From: Bacteroidales bacterium
GTDB taxonomy: Bacteria > Bacteroidota > Bacteroidia > Bacteroidales > P3
Direction: 5' to 3'
Assembly: GCA_017561155.1 (NCBI GenBank)
Contig: JAFZDP010000033.1
Coordinates: 1,007-65,006 of the forward strand
DNA: 64,000 nt
The first letter of the stretch is position 1. Every line of letters starts with the position of its first letter. The notes beneath the pieces were generated by a model. That model searched no databases and was not told where the DNA came from. It saw only the letters and a list, made by a program, of their open reading frames with translations. The position numbers and the translations under genes are program-made. Positions 27,515-38,751 of the stretch are shown piece by piece.

Positions 27515-27522
27515 CAAAGATA
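27515..27522 (-). promoter_or_regulatory. -7 box TATCTTTG (minus strand)
   Basis: Plus strand reads CAAAGATA; 79 nt upstream of the ATG at 27436. Confidence 0.45.
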
Positions 27523-27821
27523 CACAATAATATCATAATAGCAAAGCTTTGCAAATATTTTTTCTCAGAGGCTGATGTTGTAGGCAGTCAGCTATGGTGC
27601 ATATTTGTTGTAATCGCCGCTGTTTTGCATGGTTGGGAAGGGTAGGGGAACGGCCTTTCCGGGGTAGTGTGGAAGGGTTGGCTGTGGTGGCAGACGTTTG
27701 TTTGGAAAAAGGTGCGTCGGCTTGTAGTTTTGCTATGCTATATATGGCTGATTATGTGGTTTGTGGTAAGTTTTTGAAAATAAAATATGTATAAAAGTTG
27801 GCACGAACGAAGAAAATTTCG

Positions 27822-29471
<1,650 letters not shown>

Positions 29472-29519
29472 GAAAATCATACATATAATATATTATAGTA
29501 TATAAAGACATAAAAGAAA

Positions 29520-30929
29520 ATGACAGACCAAAACATAGCATACAAAGTTGCCGATATTAATCTTAAAGATTGGGGCAGAAAAGAACTAGACACAGCCGAA
29601 AAAGAAATGCCGGGTTTGATGGCATTGCGTAAAAAATACGGAACCGAAAAACCTTTGAACGGCGTTCGTATCATGGGCTCGTTGCACATGACTATACAAA
29701 CTGCTGTGCTTATAGAAACGTTGAAAGAGTTGGGTGCCGACGTACGTTGGGCCAGCTGCAACATATTCTCGACCCAAGACCATGCTGCTGCTGCAATAGC
29801 TGCTACCGGTACTCCGGTGTTTGCATGGAAAGGCGAAACTTTGGAAGAATATTGGTGGTGTACAAACCAAGCTCTAACATTTCCCGGTGGCAAAGGTCCA
29901 CAACTAATAGTTGACGATGGTGGCGACGCTACATTGCTTATCCACAAAGGTGTGGCTGTAGAAAATGACCCATCGTTGCTAGATAAAACTCCTGCCAATG
30001 CTGAAGAAGGTGTTATACTAAACACTCTACGTCAGGTGTACAACGAAAATCCTACCAAATGGCACGATATGCTTAAAGAACTACGCGGTGTGTCGGAAGA
30101 AACCACAACCGGTGTTCATCGTTTGTACCAAATGATGGAACGTGGCGAACTTCTTATTCCTGCCATCAACGTGAACGACTCGGTGACAAAATCGAAATTC
30201 GACAATCTTTATGGTTGTCGCGAATCGTTGGCCGACGGTATAAAACGTGCTACCGACGTTATGATAGCAGGAAAAGTAGTAGTGGTATGTGGCTATGGCG
30301 ACGTGGGTAAAGGTTGTGCTCACTCTATGCGTACTTACGGTGCTCGAGTACTTGTTACCGAAATTGACCCTATATGTGCATTGCAAGCTGCCATGGAAGG
30401 TTTTGAAGTGACAACACTACAAGACGCTTTGAAAGAAGGAAACATATATGTTACCACCACAGGTAACTGCGACGTTATAACTGCCGAAGATATTGCAAAC
30501 ATGAAAGACGAAGCCATAGTATGTAATATCGGACACTTCGACAACGAAATACAAGTGGAACGCCTTGAAAAATGGGAAGGAATAAAGAAGATAAACATCA
30601 AACCTCAAGTGGATAAATATATCTTCCCCGACGGACACTGCATATACCTATTGGCCGAAGGTCGTTTGGTGAACCTTGGTTGTGCTACAGGACACCCATC
30701 GTTTGTGATGAGCAACTCGTTTACAAACCAAACATTGGCTCAGATAGAGTTATGGCAAAAACAATACGAAGTGGGAGTATACCGTTTGCCTAAACATTTG
30801 GACGAAGAGGTGGCTCGCTTGCACTTGGAACAAATTGGTGTGAAACTTACCAAGCTAACCCAAAAACAGGCCGACTATATCGGAGTGCCTGTAGAAGGAC
30901 CATACAAAGCCGATCACTATCGCTACTAA
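29520..30929 (+). CDS. ahcY: Adenosylhomocysteinase
   Basis: [30 protein letters not shown] motif [10 protein letters not shown]-terminal ..KADHYRY. Confidence 0.97.
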   Translation: MTDQNIAYKVADINLKDWGRKELDTAEKEMPGLMALRKKYGTEKPLNGVRIMGSLHMTIQTAVLIETLKELGADVRWASCNIFSTQDHAAAAIAATGTPVFAWKGETLEEYWWCTNQALTFPGGKGPQLIVDDGGDATLLIHKGVAVENDPSLLDKTPANAEEGVILNTLRQVYNENPTKWHDMLKELRGVSEETTTGVHRLYQMMERGELLIPAINVNDSVTKSKFDNLYGCRESLADGIKRATDVMIAGKVVVVCGYGDVGKGCAHSMRTYGARVLVTEIDPICALQAAMEGFEVTTLQDALKEGNIYVTTTGNCDVITAEDIANMKDEAIVCNIGHFDNEIQVERLEKWEGIKKINIKPQVDKYIFPDGHCIYLLAEGRLVNLGCATGHPSFVMSNSFTNQTLAQIELWQKQYEVGVYRLPKHLDEEVARLHLEQIGVKLTKLTQKQADYIGVPVEGPYKADHYRY

Positions 30930-30968
30930 CAGATACAGGCGATTTATAATATAACAAAGAATATAGAA

Positions 30969-31010
30969 ACCAAGCAGAAACATACACATGTTTATTGTTT
31001 CTGTTTGGTT
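30969..31010 (+). terminator. Hairpin after ahcY
   Basis: Stem AACCAAGCAGAAACA pairs with TGTTTCTGTTTGGTT (one G-U). The T-run is weak. Confidence 0.55.
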
Positions 31011-31016
31011 TGTTTC

Positions 31017-31090
31017 GGCCCCGTAGCTTAGCTGAATAGAGCGTCAGATTCCGGTTCTGAAGGTCGGGGGTTTGAATCCCTCCGGGGTCA
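31017..31090 (+). tRNA. tRNA-Arg (anticodon CCG)
   Basis: Hand-folded 74-nt cloverleaf. Acceptor GGCCCCG/CGGGGTC, D stem GCTT/GAGC, anticodon stem TCAGA/TCTGA with loop TTCCGGT, T arm GGGGG-TTTGAAT-CCCTC, discriminator A. CCA is not encoded. Confidence 0.93.
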
Positions 31091-31122
31091 CAACGATAGC
31101 ACTAACTAAAACGAAATATAAT

Positions 31123-31148
31123 AAAAGCCAACTGATTAGTTGGCTTTT
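31123..31148 (+). terminator. Terminator hairpin after the tRNA
   Basis: Stem AAAAGCCAACT pairs with AGTTGGCTTTT. Confidence 0.7.
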
Positions 31149-31266
31149 TGCTCCTACCACCTACGTCGGAAATGGTGGAATAGACTACAAAAGAACGGAA
31201 GAACCCAAAAGGTCTTCAGAAAAGAAACATTTATACAGTAACACATTAATATACGCATATATAACT

Positions 31267-32778
31267 ATGGATAGTATCGCAAAGAAAGTAGGTAAACACA
31301 AACGAATATCTTACGACGACGCTTTTGCCATCAACGGCAAAACGCCACCACAAGCGTTGGAGTTGGAAGAGTCGGTATTGGGAGCGTTGATGCTCGACCA
31401 AAACGCCTTGACCAATACCATCGAGATAATAAAGCCCGAATATTTTTACAAACCCGAACACCAAACTATATTCAAGGCTATCGTAGGATTGTTCGAAAAG
31501 TCGCAACCCGTCGATATACTTACCGTAGTGGATGCGTTGAGAAGTGCCGGCGAACTGGAATTGGCCGGTGGTGCATACTATGTGTCGCAGCTTACAAACC
31601 GTGTGGTGTCGGCAGCACATATCGAATACCACGCCCGTATACTTTCCGAAAAGTTTATACAACGAGAACTTATACGCGTTTCGACTGAAACGTTGACCGA
31701 GTCGTACGACGAAACTACCGATGTTATCGACTTGCTGGACAAGACCGAACAACGCCTGATGGATATTACCGAAAACAACTTTCGCCGCGACTATTCGAGC
31801 ATGAGCTCCATTATGAAGGTTGCCTACGACCAGATAGAAAAATCGCAGGCCAACGAGAGCGGTGTGAGCGGTATTCCTACAGGATTTATCGAGTTGGACC
31901 GTGCCACAGCAGGATTCCAACGCGGTACGCTTATCATCTTGGCAGCACGTCCTGCTATGGGTAAGACGGCTTTTGCATTGTCGTTGGCAAAGAATATGGC
32001 TTTGGATTTCGACAAGCCCGTGGCTTTCTTCTCGCTGGAAATGACTGCCGTAGAGTTGGCTATGCGTCTTATATCCAGCGAATCGGAGATAAAATCGGAA
32101 AAGTTCAAAAAAGGTGGATTGGAAGAGTGGGAAAAACAACAGCTGTACATGAAAACAGAACGCCTGAACAAGGCTCCGATATATATCGACGACACACCAC
32201 AGCTGACTATTTTCGAGTTGCGTGCAAAATGTCGTCGTCTGAAACAACGCTACGGCATAGAGATGGTGTTTATCGACTATTTGCAGCTTATGCATGGCGG
32301 ATCCGAGAGCAAAGGCGGAAACCGCGAACAGGAAATCAGTACCATATCGCGCCAGTTGAAGGCTTTGTCGAAGGAGTTGAACATTCCTATATTGGCACTT
32401 TCGCAGCTTAGCCGTGCCGTAGAAACTCGTGGCGGCGACAAGCGTCCGCAGTTGTCAGACCTTCGCGAATCGGGTGCAATAGAGCAGGATGCCGATATCG
32501 TAATGTTTATATATCGTCCCGAATACTATAATATAGACAGCGACGAAAAGGGTAGCACTTTGGGAAAAGCCGACATTATATTGGCTAAGCACCGTAGTGG
32601 ATCGACCGATACGATACGTTTGAGGTTTATCAAAAACTTTACTCGTTTCGAGAACGACACTTTCGAAATAGAGAATATGAACACTGGATTTGCTCCGAAC
32701 GAAAACTTCGACGGTGGTGGCATGCCTAGTCAGACATTCGAGTCGAAAATGAATGCCGACCAGGATGTGCCTTTTTAA
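31267..32778 (+). CDS. dnaB: Replicative DNA helicase DnaB
   Basis: PPQALELEESVLGALM, Walker A AARPAMGKTAF, IDYLQLM, LSQLSRAVE. The start is set at MDSIAKK because the track's start at 31072 overlaps the tRNA and its terminator. Confidence 0.95.
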   Translation: MDSIAKKVGKHKRISYDDAFAINGKTPPQALELEESVLGALMLDQNALTNTIEIIKPEYFYKPEHQTIFKAIVGLFEKSQPVDILTVVDALRSAGELELAGGAYYVSQLTNRVVSAAHIEYHARILSEKFIQRELIRVSTETLTESYDETTDVIDLLDKTEQRLMDITENNFRRDYSSMSSIMKVAYDQIEKSQANESGVSGIPTGFIELDRATAGFQRGTLIILAARPAMGKTAFALSLAKNMALDFDKPVAFFSLEMTAVELAMRLISSESEIKSEKFKKGGLEEWEKQQLYMKTERLNKAPIYIDDTPQLTIFELRAKCRRLKQRYGIEMVFIDYLQLMHGGSESKGGNREQEISTISRQLKALSKELNIPILALSQLSRAVETRGGDKRPQLSDLRESGAIEQDADIVMFIYRPEYYNIDSDEKGSTLGKADIILAKHRSGSTDTIRLRFIKNFTRFENDTFEIENMNTGFAPNENFDGGGMPSQTFESKMNADQDVPF

Positions 32779-32818
32779 AAAAAGACTTCAAAATCATAGA
32801 TATATCGAAAAAAAATAG

Positions 32819-32826
32819 TAATTTTG
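32819..32826 (+). promoter_or_regulatory. -7 box TAATTTTG
   Basis: 20 nt upstream of the ATG at 32846. Confidence 0.6.
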
Positions 32827-32845
32827 CACTTTAAAATACTTGAAG

Positions 32846-33916
32846 ATGTTAGAGAAATTAGAAGCTATAAATATTCGTTTTCAGGAACTTGAACAAGAAA
32901 TGAATAATCCCGACATAATGTCGGATATGAAACGTTTTGTAAAACTAAACAAAGATTATAAAGACCTACAACCTGTTATAGTTGCCTACAAAGAATATAA
33001 AGATGTGTTGGGCAACATAGCCAATTGTAAAGAAATTCTTTCGACAGAAAAAGACGAAGAGTTTCGCGAAATGGCTAAATTGGAACTTTCCGAACTTACT
33101 ACTCGCCGCGAGCAAATGGAAGAAGATATTCGTTTGATGCTTATACCTGCCGACCCACAAGATGGTAAAAATGCTGTTGTGGAAATACGCGGTGGTACCG
33201 GTGGCGACGAAGCAAGCATATTTGCCGGCGACCTTTACAGAATGTATACCCACTACTGCGAAAAGAAAAACTGGAAAGTGGAAGTGGTGGACTATACCGA
33301 AGGTACTGCAGGTGGATACAAAGAAATAGTGTTCAACGTGATAGGCGAAAACGTATATGGTCAGTTGAAATACGAATCGGGTGTACACCGTGTGCAACGT
33401 GTGCCACAAACCGAAACACAGGGCCGTGTGCATACATCGGCAGCATCGGTGGTGGTGCTTCCCGAAGCCGAAGAGTTCGACGTAGAACTTAAACAATCGG
33501 ATATCCGCAAGGACACATTCTGTTCGTCGGGTCCGGGAGGTCAGTCGGTAAATACTACTTACTCGGCTATACGTCTTACCCACATTCCTACAGGTATAGT
33601 GGTGTCGTGCCAAGACCAAAAGTCGCAAATCAAAAACTTGGAAAAAGCGATGGTGGTGTTGCGTACTCGTTTGTTCGAAATGGAGTACAACAAATACTTG
33701 GAAGAAATGTCGTCGAAACGTAAAACTATGGTGTCGACAGGCGACCGTTCGGCAAAAGTTCGTACATACAACTATCCTCAAAGCCGTGTTACCGACCACC
33801 GTATAGGCTACACCATGTACAACCTTTCGGCATATATGGACGGTGATATACAAGACCTTATAGATGCTTTGCAACTTGCAGAAAATGCAGAACGCTTGAA
33901 AGAAGCTGTAGGTTGA
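32846..33916 (+). CDS. prfA: Peptide chain release factor 1
   Basis: [16 protein letters not shown] (PxT-type) and the [14 protein letters not shown] motif. Confidence 0.95.
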   Translation: MLEKLEAINIRFQELEQEMNNPDIMSDMKRFVKLNKDYKDLQPVIVAYKEYKDVLGNIANCKEILSTEKDEEFREMAKLELSELTTRREQMEEDIRLMLIPADPQDGKNAVVEIRGGTGGDEASIFAGDLYRMYTHYCEKKNWKVEVVDYTEGTAGGYKEIVFNVIGENVYGQLKYESGVHRVQRVPQTETQGRVHTSAASVVVLPEAEEFDVELKQSDIRKDTFCSSGPGGQSVNTTYSAIRLTHIPTGIVVSCQDQKSQIKNLEKAMVVLRTRLFEMEYNKYLEEMSSKRKTMVSTGDRSAKVRTYNYPQSRVTDHRIGYTMYNLSAYMDGDIQDLIDALQLAENAERLKEAVG

Positions 33917-33951
33917 TAACCTAGAAGATATAATAATACTTATATATACCA

Positions 33952-33999
33952 CTTTGTGTGTAGTGTCGATAAAATTGGCCTATGCACAAAGTTTTTTTT
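33952..33999 (+). terminator. prfA intrinsic terminator
   Basis: Stem CTTTGTGTGTAG pairs with CTATGCACAAAG (10/12), followed by T8. Confidence 0.7.
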
Positions 34000-34005
34000 G
34001 TTTTT

Positions 34006-34470
34006 GAGGGCTTCGCTGTCGCTTCGCAGACTTGTGCTTCGCTATCGCTTCGCAGACTAAGGGCAAAAGTATAGAAAGTATAGAAAGTAGAGAAGGTATA
34101 GAAAGTATAGAAAGTATAGAAAGGCTGTGAGCTACGAGTCATGAGTTATGAGCCGGCTTCGCCCTATCCGTGATTCCGTAGTTCCGTTAATCCATAATTC
34201 CGTGATTCCGTAAATCCGGCTACTGCTCTCCCTTTTGTCTTACGACTTTCGTCTTTTGACAGCGAAGCTCAATTTCCGTGATTCCGTAATTCCATAGTTC
34301 CATAATTCCGGCTACTGCCCTCCATTTTGTCTTACGACATTTGTCTTTTGTCGGCATAGCCACCGCGAAGCTACAACCGGCTGCTGCTCTCCATTTTGTC
34401 TTACGACTTTCGTCTTTTGACAGCAAAGCTCAATTTCCGTGATTCCGTAATTTCGGCGTAGCCTCAGTCT
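34006..34470. repeat. Mosaic microsatellite block D
   Basis: Two double-GCTTCGC headers and (TATAGAAAG)n in forward orientation, then reverse vocabulary (ATTCCGTA, CCGGCTAC, GTCTTACGAC, GCGAAGC). Confidence 0.95.
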
Positions 34471-34562
34471 GTTTGAAATGTTAAACTAGAAATGCTCAAT
34501 TCTTAAATTTTTGCTCTTTCTGAGAGTATGAAATATATGCCTGTTGGGACTCTCTGAAAAAT

Positions 34563-34640
34563 GACCCGCCCCTAAATTGATTTTCACCCGGGGTATTTTT
34601 AATTTTACCCCGCCCCTAAATGAATTTTACCCCGCCCTAT
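34563..34640. repeat. Three direct copies of a GC box, (T/G)ACCC(C)GCCCCTAAAT, in the AT-rich unique core
   Basis: Copies at 34563-34577, 34606-34621 and 34628-34640 (the last is shortened). The palindrome ACCCGGGGT lies between copies 1 and 2. Confidence 0.85.
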
Positions 34641-34867
34641 TTTTTAGTCGTTCCCGGATATGGTGTAAAAGGGAGTGATATGTGTGTTTAATATTTTGAT
34701 TAATAATTTATTATCTTTTTTGATGTTGCTTGTGACACTCATCGCTAAAGCATAGGATTTGATGCTTGATAGAAGTTTTTGAATTGTTAAAAATGCCCGT
34801 GTTAAAAATTCTTTAAATTGTTAAAAAGTACTCTGTTTGTTAGTTGGATATCTTTTTGATAATAGAC

Positions 34868-35354
34868 TTTGAGTGCTGAGCAATGAGTGGGGCGGCAGCC
34901 GGAACTGCGGAATAAGGGTATAGAGAGTATGGAGAGTATAGAGAGTATAGAGAGTATAGAGGGTATAGAGGGTATAGAGGGTTTCTCTATCTTCTCTACT
35001 TTCTGTACTTTTAAAGGACAACGGACTTTGGCTACGCCAAGACTACAAGACAACTAGTCAACGAGACCTTGGCTGTGCCAGACAACAAGACAACGAGTCT
35101 ACGAGACAAGTAGTAGGGCGGTGGTTGGAATCACGGAATAAGGGTATAGAGGGTATAGAGGGTATAGAGGGTATAGAGGGTATAGAGGGTATAGAGGGTA
35201 TAGAGAGTCTCTCTACTTTCTGTACCTTTCTATACCTTTTTTGTCCTTTGCCTTTTGCCTTTCGTCGTTAGTCGGCGAAGCGACAGCGAATCCGGCTCAA
35301 AGCTCGTAGCTTGTTGCTCACAGCTAATCCGTCTGCGAAGCGATAGCGAAGTCC
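34868..35354. repeat. Mosaic microsatellite block E
   Basis: (GTATAGAGG)7 at 35144-35206 and a second 9-mer run at about 34917-34980. The block ends in reverse-orientation double-GCTTCGC headers (35273-35352). Confidence 0.95.
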
Positions 35355-35403
35355 TGACCAACTTATATTTTAATGAGTTCTTGGATATCAGCAGAAAAGT
35401 TTG

Positions 35404-35411
35404 TACCTTTG
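35404..35411 (+). promoter_or_regulatory. -7 box TACCTTTG
   Basis: 22 nt upstream of the ATG at 35433. Confidence 0.6.
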
Positions 35412-35432
35412 CAATAATAAATATATATAGAT

Positions 35433-37487
35433 ATGCAATTTATAAATCCCTTATATTTAATAGGTTTGCTAGCGGTGGTAATACCTATACTTGTACACCT
35501 TTTCAATTTTAGGCGCTACAAGAAAGTATACTTCAGCAATGTGGCAATGTTGCAACAGCTACAAAGTCAAAACAAGAAGCAATCTCAGTTGAAGCATAGG
35601 TTAATATTGTTGTGTAGGCTTTTGGCTGTCGTGTTTATAGTGTTGGTATTTGCACGTCCGGTGTTGGTAGACGATGATAAGGCTGTGAATACGGGAGGGG
35701 TGTCGTATGTGAGTGTGTATCTTGACAACTCGTTCAGCATGGAAAACACCGCTACATCGGGAACACTGCTCGACGCTGCCAAACGCAAAGCCTACGAGAT
35801 AGCCGATGCTTACAAGCCGTCGGACTATATGCAGCTTATAACAAACGATATAGAGCCACGACATTTTAGATTCCTATCGCCACAGGAGTTTAAAAACATG
35901 GTAGACGAAGTGGAGATATCTGCTGCTTCCGAACAAATATCAGGTATGTTGGAAAAGCAGTACAACTATTTGAACTCTAACGCATACAACGGGGAAAAAC
36001 GAGTATATGTGGTGTCGGATTTTCAGACGTCGTTAAATAGTTTTGAGAATTACCCTACCGACGAAGAAATATCGACGGTGTTGGTTCCATTGCAGTCGCA
36101 ACAAATAGCCAATATATATACAGACAGTGTGGCGTTGAGTACTCCGTTTTTGCACCGTGGTGCTGTTGTAGTGGCAAATGTGTGGGTGAAAAACACAGGA
36201 GCGTCGGCAGTAGAGAAAGTGCCTGTGAAACTTTTTGTAAACGACAAGCAACGTGCATTGGCATCGGCCGATATACCGGCAAACAGCACACAGGTAGTAC
36301 CCTTGACGTTTACGATAGACGACGGAGAACATCTGGCTTGCAGGGTGGAAACCAGCGACTATCCGATAGTGTACGACGATAAGTTCTACTTCAGCATCAA
36401 CGTAAGGAAGCAGACACGGGTGCTGATGATAAACAACAAATCGGAAAACAAGTATTTGAATATGTTGTTTGATACCGATTCGGCTTTCGTTGTAGAAAAT
36501 CAGTATGCAAAAGCTATAGACTACGACGAGATAGGAAGTTTTGATATGGTGTTGCTCAACGAGTTGGAAGTGTTGCCAAGCGGATTGGTACAAAATCTTA
36601 CTGCTTTTTGCAACGAGGGAGGCAGTATTGTGGTGGTGCCGTCGGACAATGCCGATATGCAATCGTATGCCGCTGCTTCTCGGGAATGGAAAATGCCGAT
36701 ACTGTCGGGACTGCAACAGGCAGCACCACTGAAGGGTCGCGACATAAATGTAGAGCACAGGCTGTACGACGGGGTGTTCGAGAATCGTAAAACAAACGAT
36801 ATGGAAACACTGACTGTGCACAAGTATTTCAAGACACAGTACGATGCAAACACTATAAAGGAAAGCTTGATACAATTGGAGAACGGAGATGATTTTCTGT
36901 GTGTTACTCCAATGGGTAAAGGTAGCGTATACTTGTTTTCTACAGCCATGCAGCCCTCCAATACCGACTTTGTAAAGCAGGCGTTGTTTGTGCCTACGTT
37001 GTACAATATGGCATTGTATAGCAGTCCGTTGTCGATATTGTATCAAATCATGGCTCCAATCAACAGTATAGAACTTGCACATCCTATTGTAGGCGACAAA
37101 GTGATACCTAAGTTGGTGAAAGATGATGATGGATTTGAGATAATACCCGAGCTGAAAAAACAGGGCGATAATATGTATATAAGTGTTCACAATCAGGTGA
37201 AAACAGCCGGTAGTTATACCTTGACTATAGAAGGAAAAGGAGTAGAGTCGATGTCGTTTAACCACGACAGAAGCGAGTCGGTGATGGAGTTTGCCACAGC
37301 GGGTACCATAAAAAAAGAGATAGAAAACTACAATCTGAACAACTATAAGGTGGTAGAAAACATAGACAAGCCACTGTCTGCATTGATAGCAGCCGAGAGT
37401 GATGGCGTGCAGCTGTGGAAGCTGTGTTTGGTGATAGCTCTACTCTCGCTACTGGCAGAAATGCTTATAGTAAGACTTTGGAAATAG
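35433..37487 (+). CDS. BatA-domain (aerotolerance-related N-terminal) membrane protein
   Basis: N-terminus MQFINPLYLIGLLAVVIPILVHLFNFRR is typical of the BatA_N family. VWA-like middle region and a C-terminal TM helix. Confidence 0.7.
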   Translation: MQFINPLYLIGLLAVVIPILVHLFNFRRYKKVYFSNVAMLQQLQSQNKKQSQLKHRLILLCRLLAVVFIVLVFARPVLVDDDKAVNTGGVSYVSVYLDNSFSMENTATSGTLLDAAKRKAYEIADAYKPSDYMQLITNDIEPRHFRFLSPQEFKNMVDEVEISAASEQISGMLEKQYNYLNSNAYNGEKRVYVVSDFQTSLNSFENYPTDEEISTVLVPLQSQQIANIYTDSVALSTPFLHRGAVVVANVWVKNTGASAVEKVPVKLFVNDKQRALASADIPANSTQVVPLTFTIDDGEHLACRVETSDYPIVYDDKFYFSINVRKQTRVLMINNKSENKYLNMLFDTDSAFVVENQYAKAIDYDEIGSFDMVLLNELEVLPSGLVQNLTAFCNEGGSIVVVPSDNADMQSYAAASREWKMPILSGLQQAAPLKGRDINVEHRLYDGVFENRKTNDMETLTVHKYFKTQYDANTIKESLIQLENGDDFLCVTPMGKGSVYLFSTAMQPSNTDFVKQALFVPTLYNMALYSSPLSILYQIMAPINSIELAHPIVGDKVIPKLVKDDDGFEIIPELKKQGDNMYISVHNQVKTAGSYTLTIEGKGVESMSFNHDRSESVMEFATAGTIKKEIENYNLNNYKVVENIDKPLSALIAAESDGVQLWKLCLVIALLSLLAEMLIVRLWK

Positions 37488-37532
37488 CATAGTAAATAAC
37501 TGAAAATATAATAAATAACCAATATAAAAAAT

Positions 37533-38744
37533 ATGAAAATATTACATACCTCTGATTGGCATATAGGAAAGAAGCTATTGGATAAAGAACGTTTTGACGA
37601 ACAGCAAAGCGTAATGGAAGAAATAATAGACATAGCCAATCGCGAAGCCGTAGATATGGTGATAGTGGCCGGTGATTTGTTTGACACCTACATGCCGTCG
37701 AGCAGTGCACAGCGTTTGTTGTACACCACATTGTATCGCTTGTCGGAAAATGGGACAAGGGCAGTAGTCTGCATAGCCGGAAACCATGACAGTCCTGAAC
37801 GTGTAGAAAGTCCTGAAGCATTGGCCGATGTGTCGGGGATATTTTTGTTGGGCTATCCCAATACAAAGATAGAGGAGTTGGAAACAACCGGCAATATAAA
37901 GGTGACCAAGGTTGACGAGGGTTTTATGGAATTGAGGTTGCCTAATGTGGACTATCCTGTGCGTATGATATATACACCATTTGCAAATCAGGAACGATTA
38001 CGTAAGCTGTTCGAGATGGACGATAAGGAAGCACAGCTCCGCGACGAATTGCAACGACGTTGGACACATTTGGCAGACACTTATTGCACCGACGGCGAAG
38101 GAGTAAATTTGCTTGCAACACACTTGTTTGTGATAAAAGATTCGACCGACAATACCTCTGAACCCGACGATGAAAACTCTATAAACGTAGGAGGAACATC
38201 GGCTATATATGTAGATAATTTTCCTGCAGAAATACAATATGTTGCTTTAGGCCATTTGCATAGATGCTTTAAGGTGGGAGATCGCAATATATGGTATAGC
38301 GGAAGTCCGTTGGAATATAGTTTTGCAGAAAGCGAACAGGAAAAGTATGTTCTTGTTTCGACCATCGAACCCAACCAAGAGCCTGCTACAAAGAAAGTGC
38401 CATTGACAAGTGGCCGACGATTGGTGACGGGGGTGTTTGAAAGTGTTGACGATGCTAAGCAATGGCTGCTGGAACACCGGGATATGTGGGTGGATATGAC
38501 ACTGAAAACCGACAACTACCTTACCGCCACAGAGGTGAAAGAGCTACATCAGCTGCACGACAAAATATTGATATTGCGTCCGGTGGTGAAAACAGAAAGC
38601 TACGAAAGCCAAAGCGGCGAAAAGATAGAAGAGCTGATAAAAGACAAGGATGCATTGTTTGTAAGCTTTTTTAAGCAAAGAAACAAAGGTGTAGAGCCTA
38701 ACGAAGAAATAATGGATTTGTTTCACGAAATATTGTCAAAATAA
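37533..38744 (+). CDS. sbcD: Exonuclease SbcD (Mre11-type nuclease)
   Basis: MKILHTSDWHIGK, VIVAGDLFD, GNHDS, LGHLH phosphoesterase motifs. Confidence 0.9.
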   Translation: MKILHTSDWHIGKKLLDKERFDEQQSVMEEIIDIANREAVDMVIVAGDLFDTYMPSSSAQRLLYTTLYRLSENGTRAVVCIAGNHDSPERVESPEALADVSGIFLLGYPNTKIEELETTGNIKVTKVDEGFMELRLPNVDYPVRMIYTPFANQERLRKLFEMDDKEAQLRDELQRRWTHLADTYCTDGEGVNLLATHLFVIKDSTDNTSEPDDENSINVGGTSAIYVDNFPAEIQYVALGHLHRCFKVGDRNIWYSGSPLEYSFAESEQEKYVLVSTIEPNQEPATKKVPLTSGRRLVTGVFESVDDAKQWLLEHRDMWVDMTLKTDNYLTATEVKELHQLHDKILILRPVVKTESYESQSGEKIEELIKDKDALFVSFFKQRNKGVEPNEEIMDLFHEILSK

Positions 38745-38751
38745 AAAAGTT

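Noticed and set aside
27594-27794. 66-aa ORF in the pyrG upstream spacer.
   Set aside because: Its Cys/Gly/Val-rich composition comes from the G-rich island. It has no promoter box or RBS-like context and is unlike the neighbouring coding regions.
31072-31266. The ORF-track start of dnaB at 31072.
   Set aside because: It would overlap the 3' end of tRNA-Arg and read through the tRNA terminator hairpin. The conserved DnaB N-terminus begins near the Met at 31267.
31246-32295. Long antisense shadow ORFs: 31246-32295 (349 aa) opposite dnaB, 32966-33952 opposite prfA, 36033-37265 (410 aa) opposite the BatA-like gene, 19131-19874 opposite the M16 peptidase, and 52191-52883, 54303-54920, 40785-41444 and 47924-48484.
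   Set aside because: The sense strand encodes proteins with unmistakable conserved motifs. The antisense translations are rich in Cys, His, Phe and Val, with no recognisable motifs. Such ORFs are expected from the codon bias of the sense genes.
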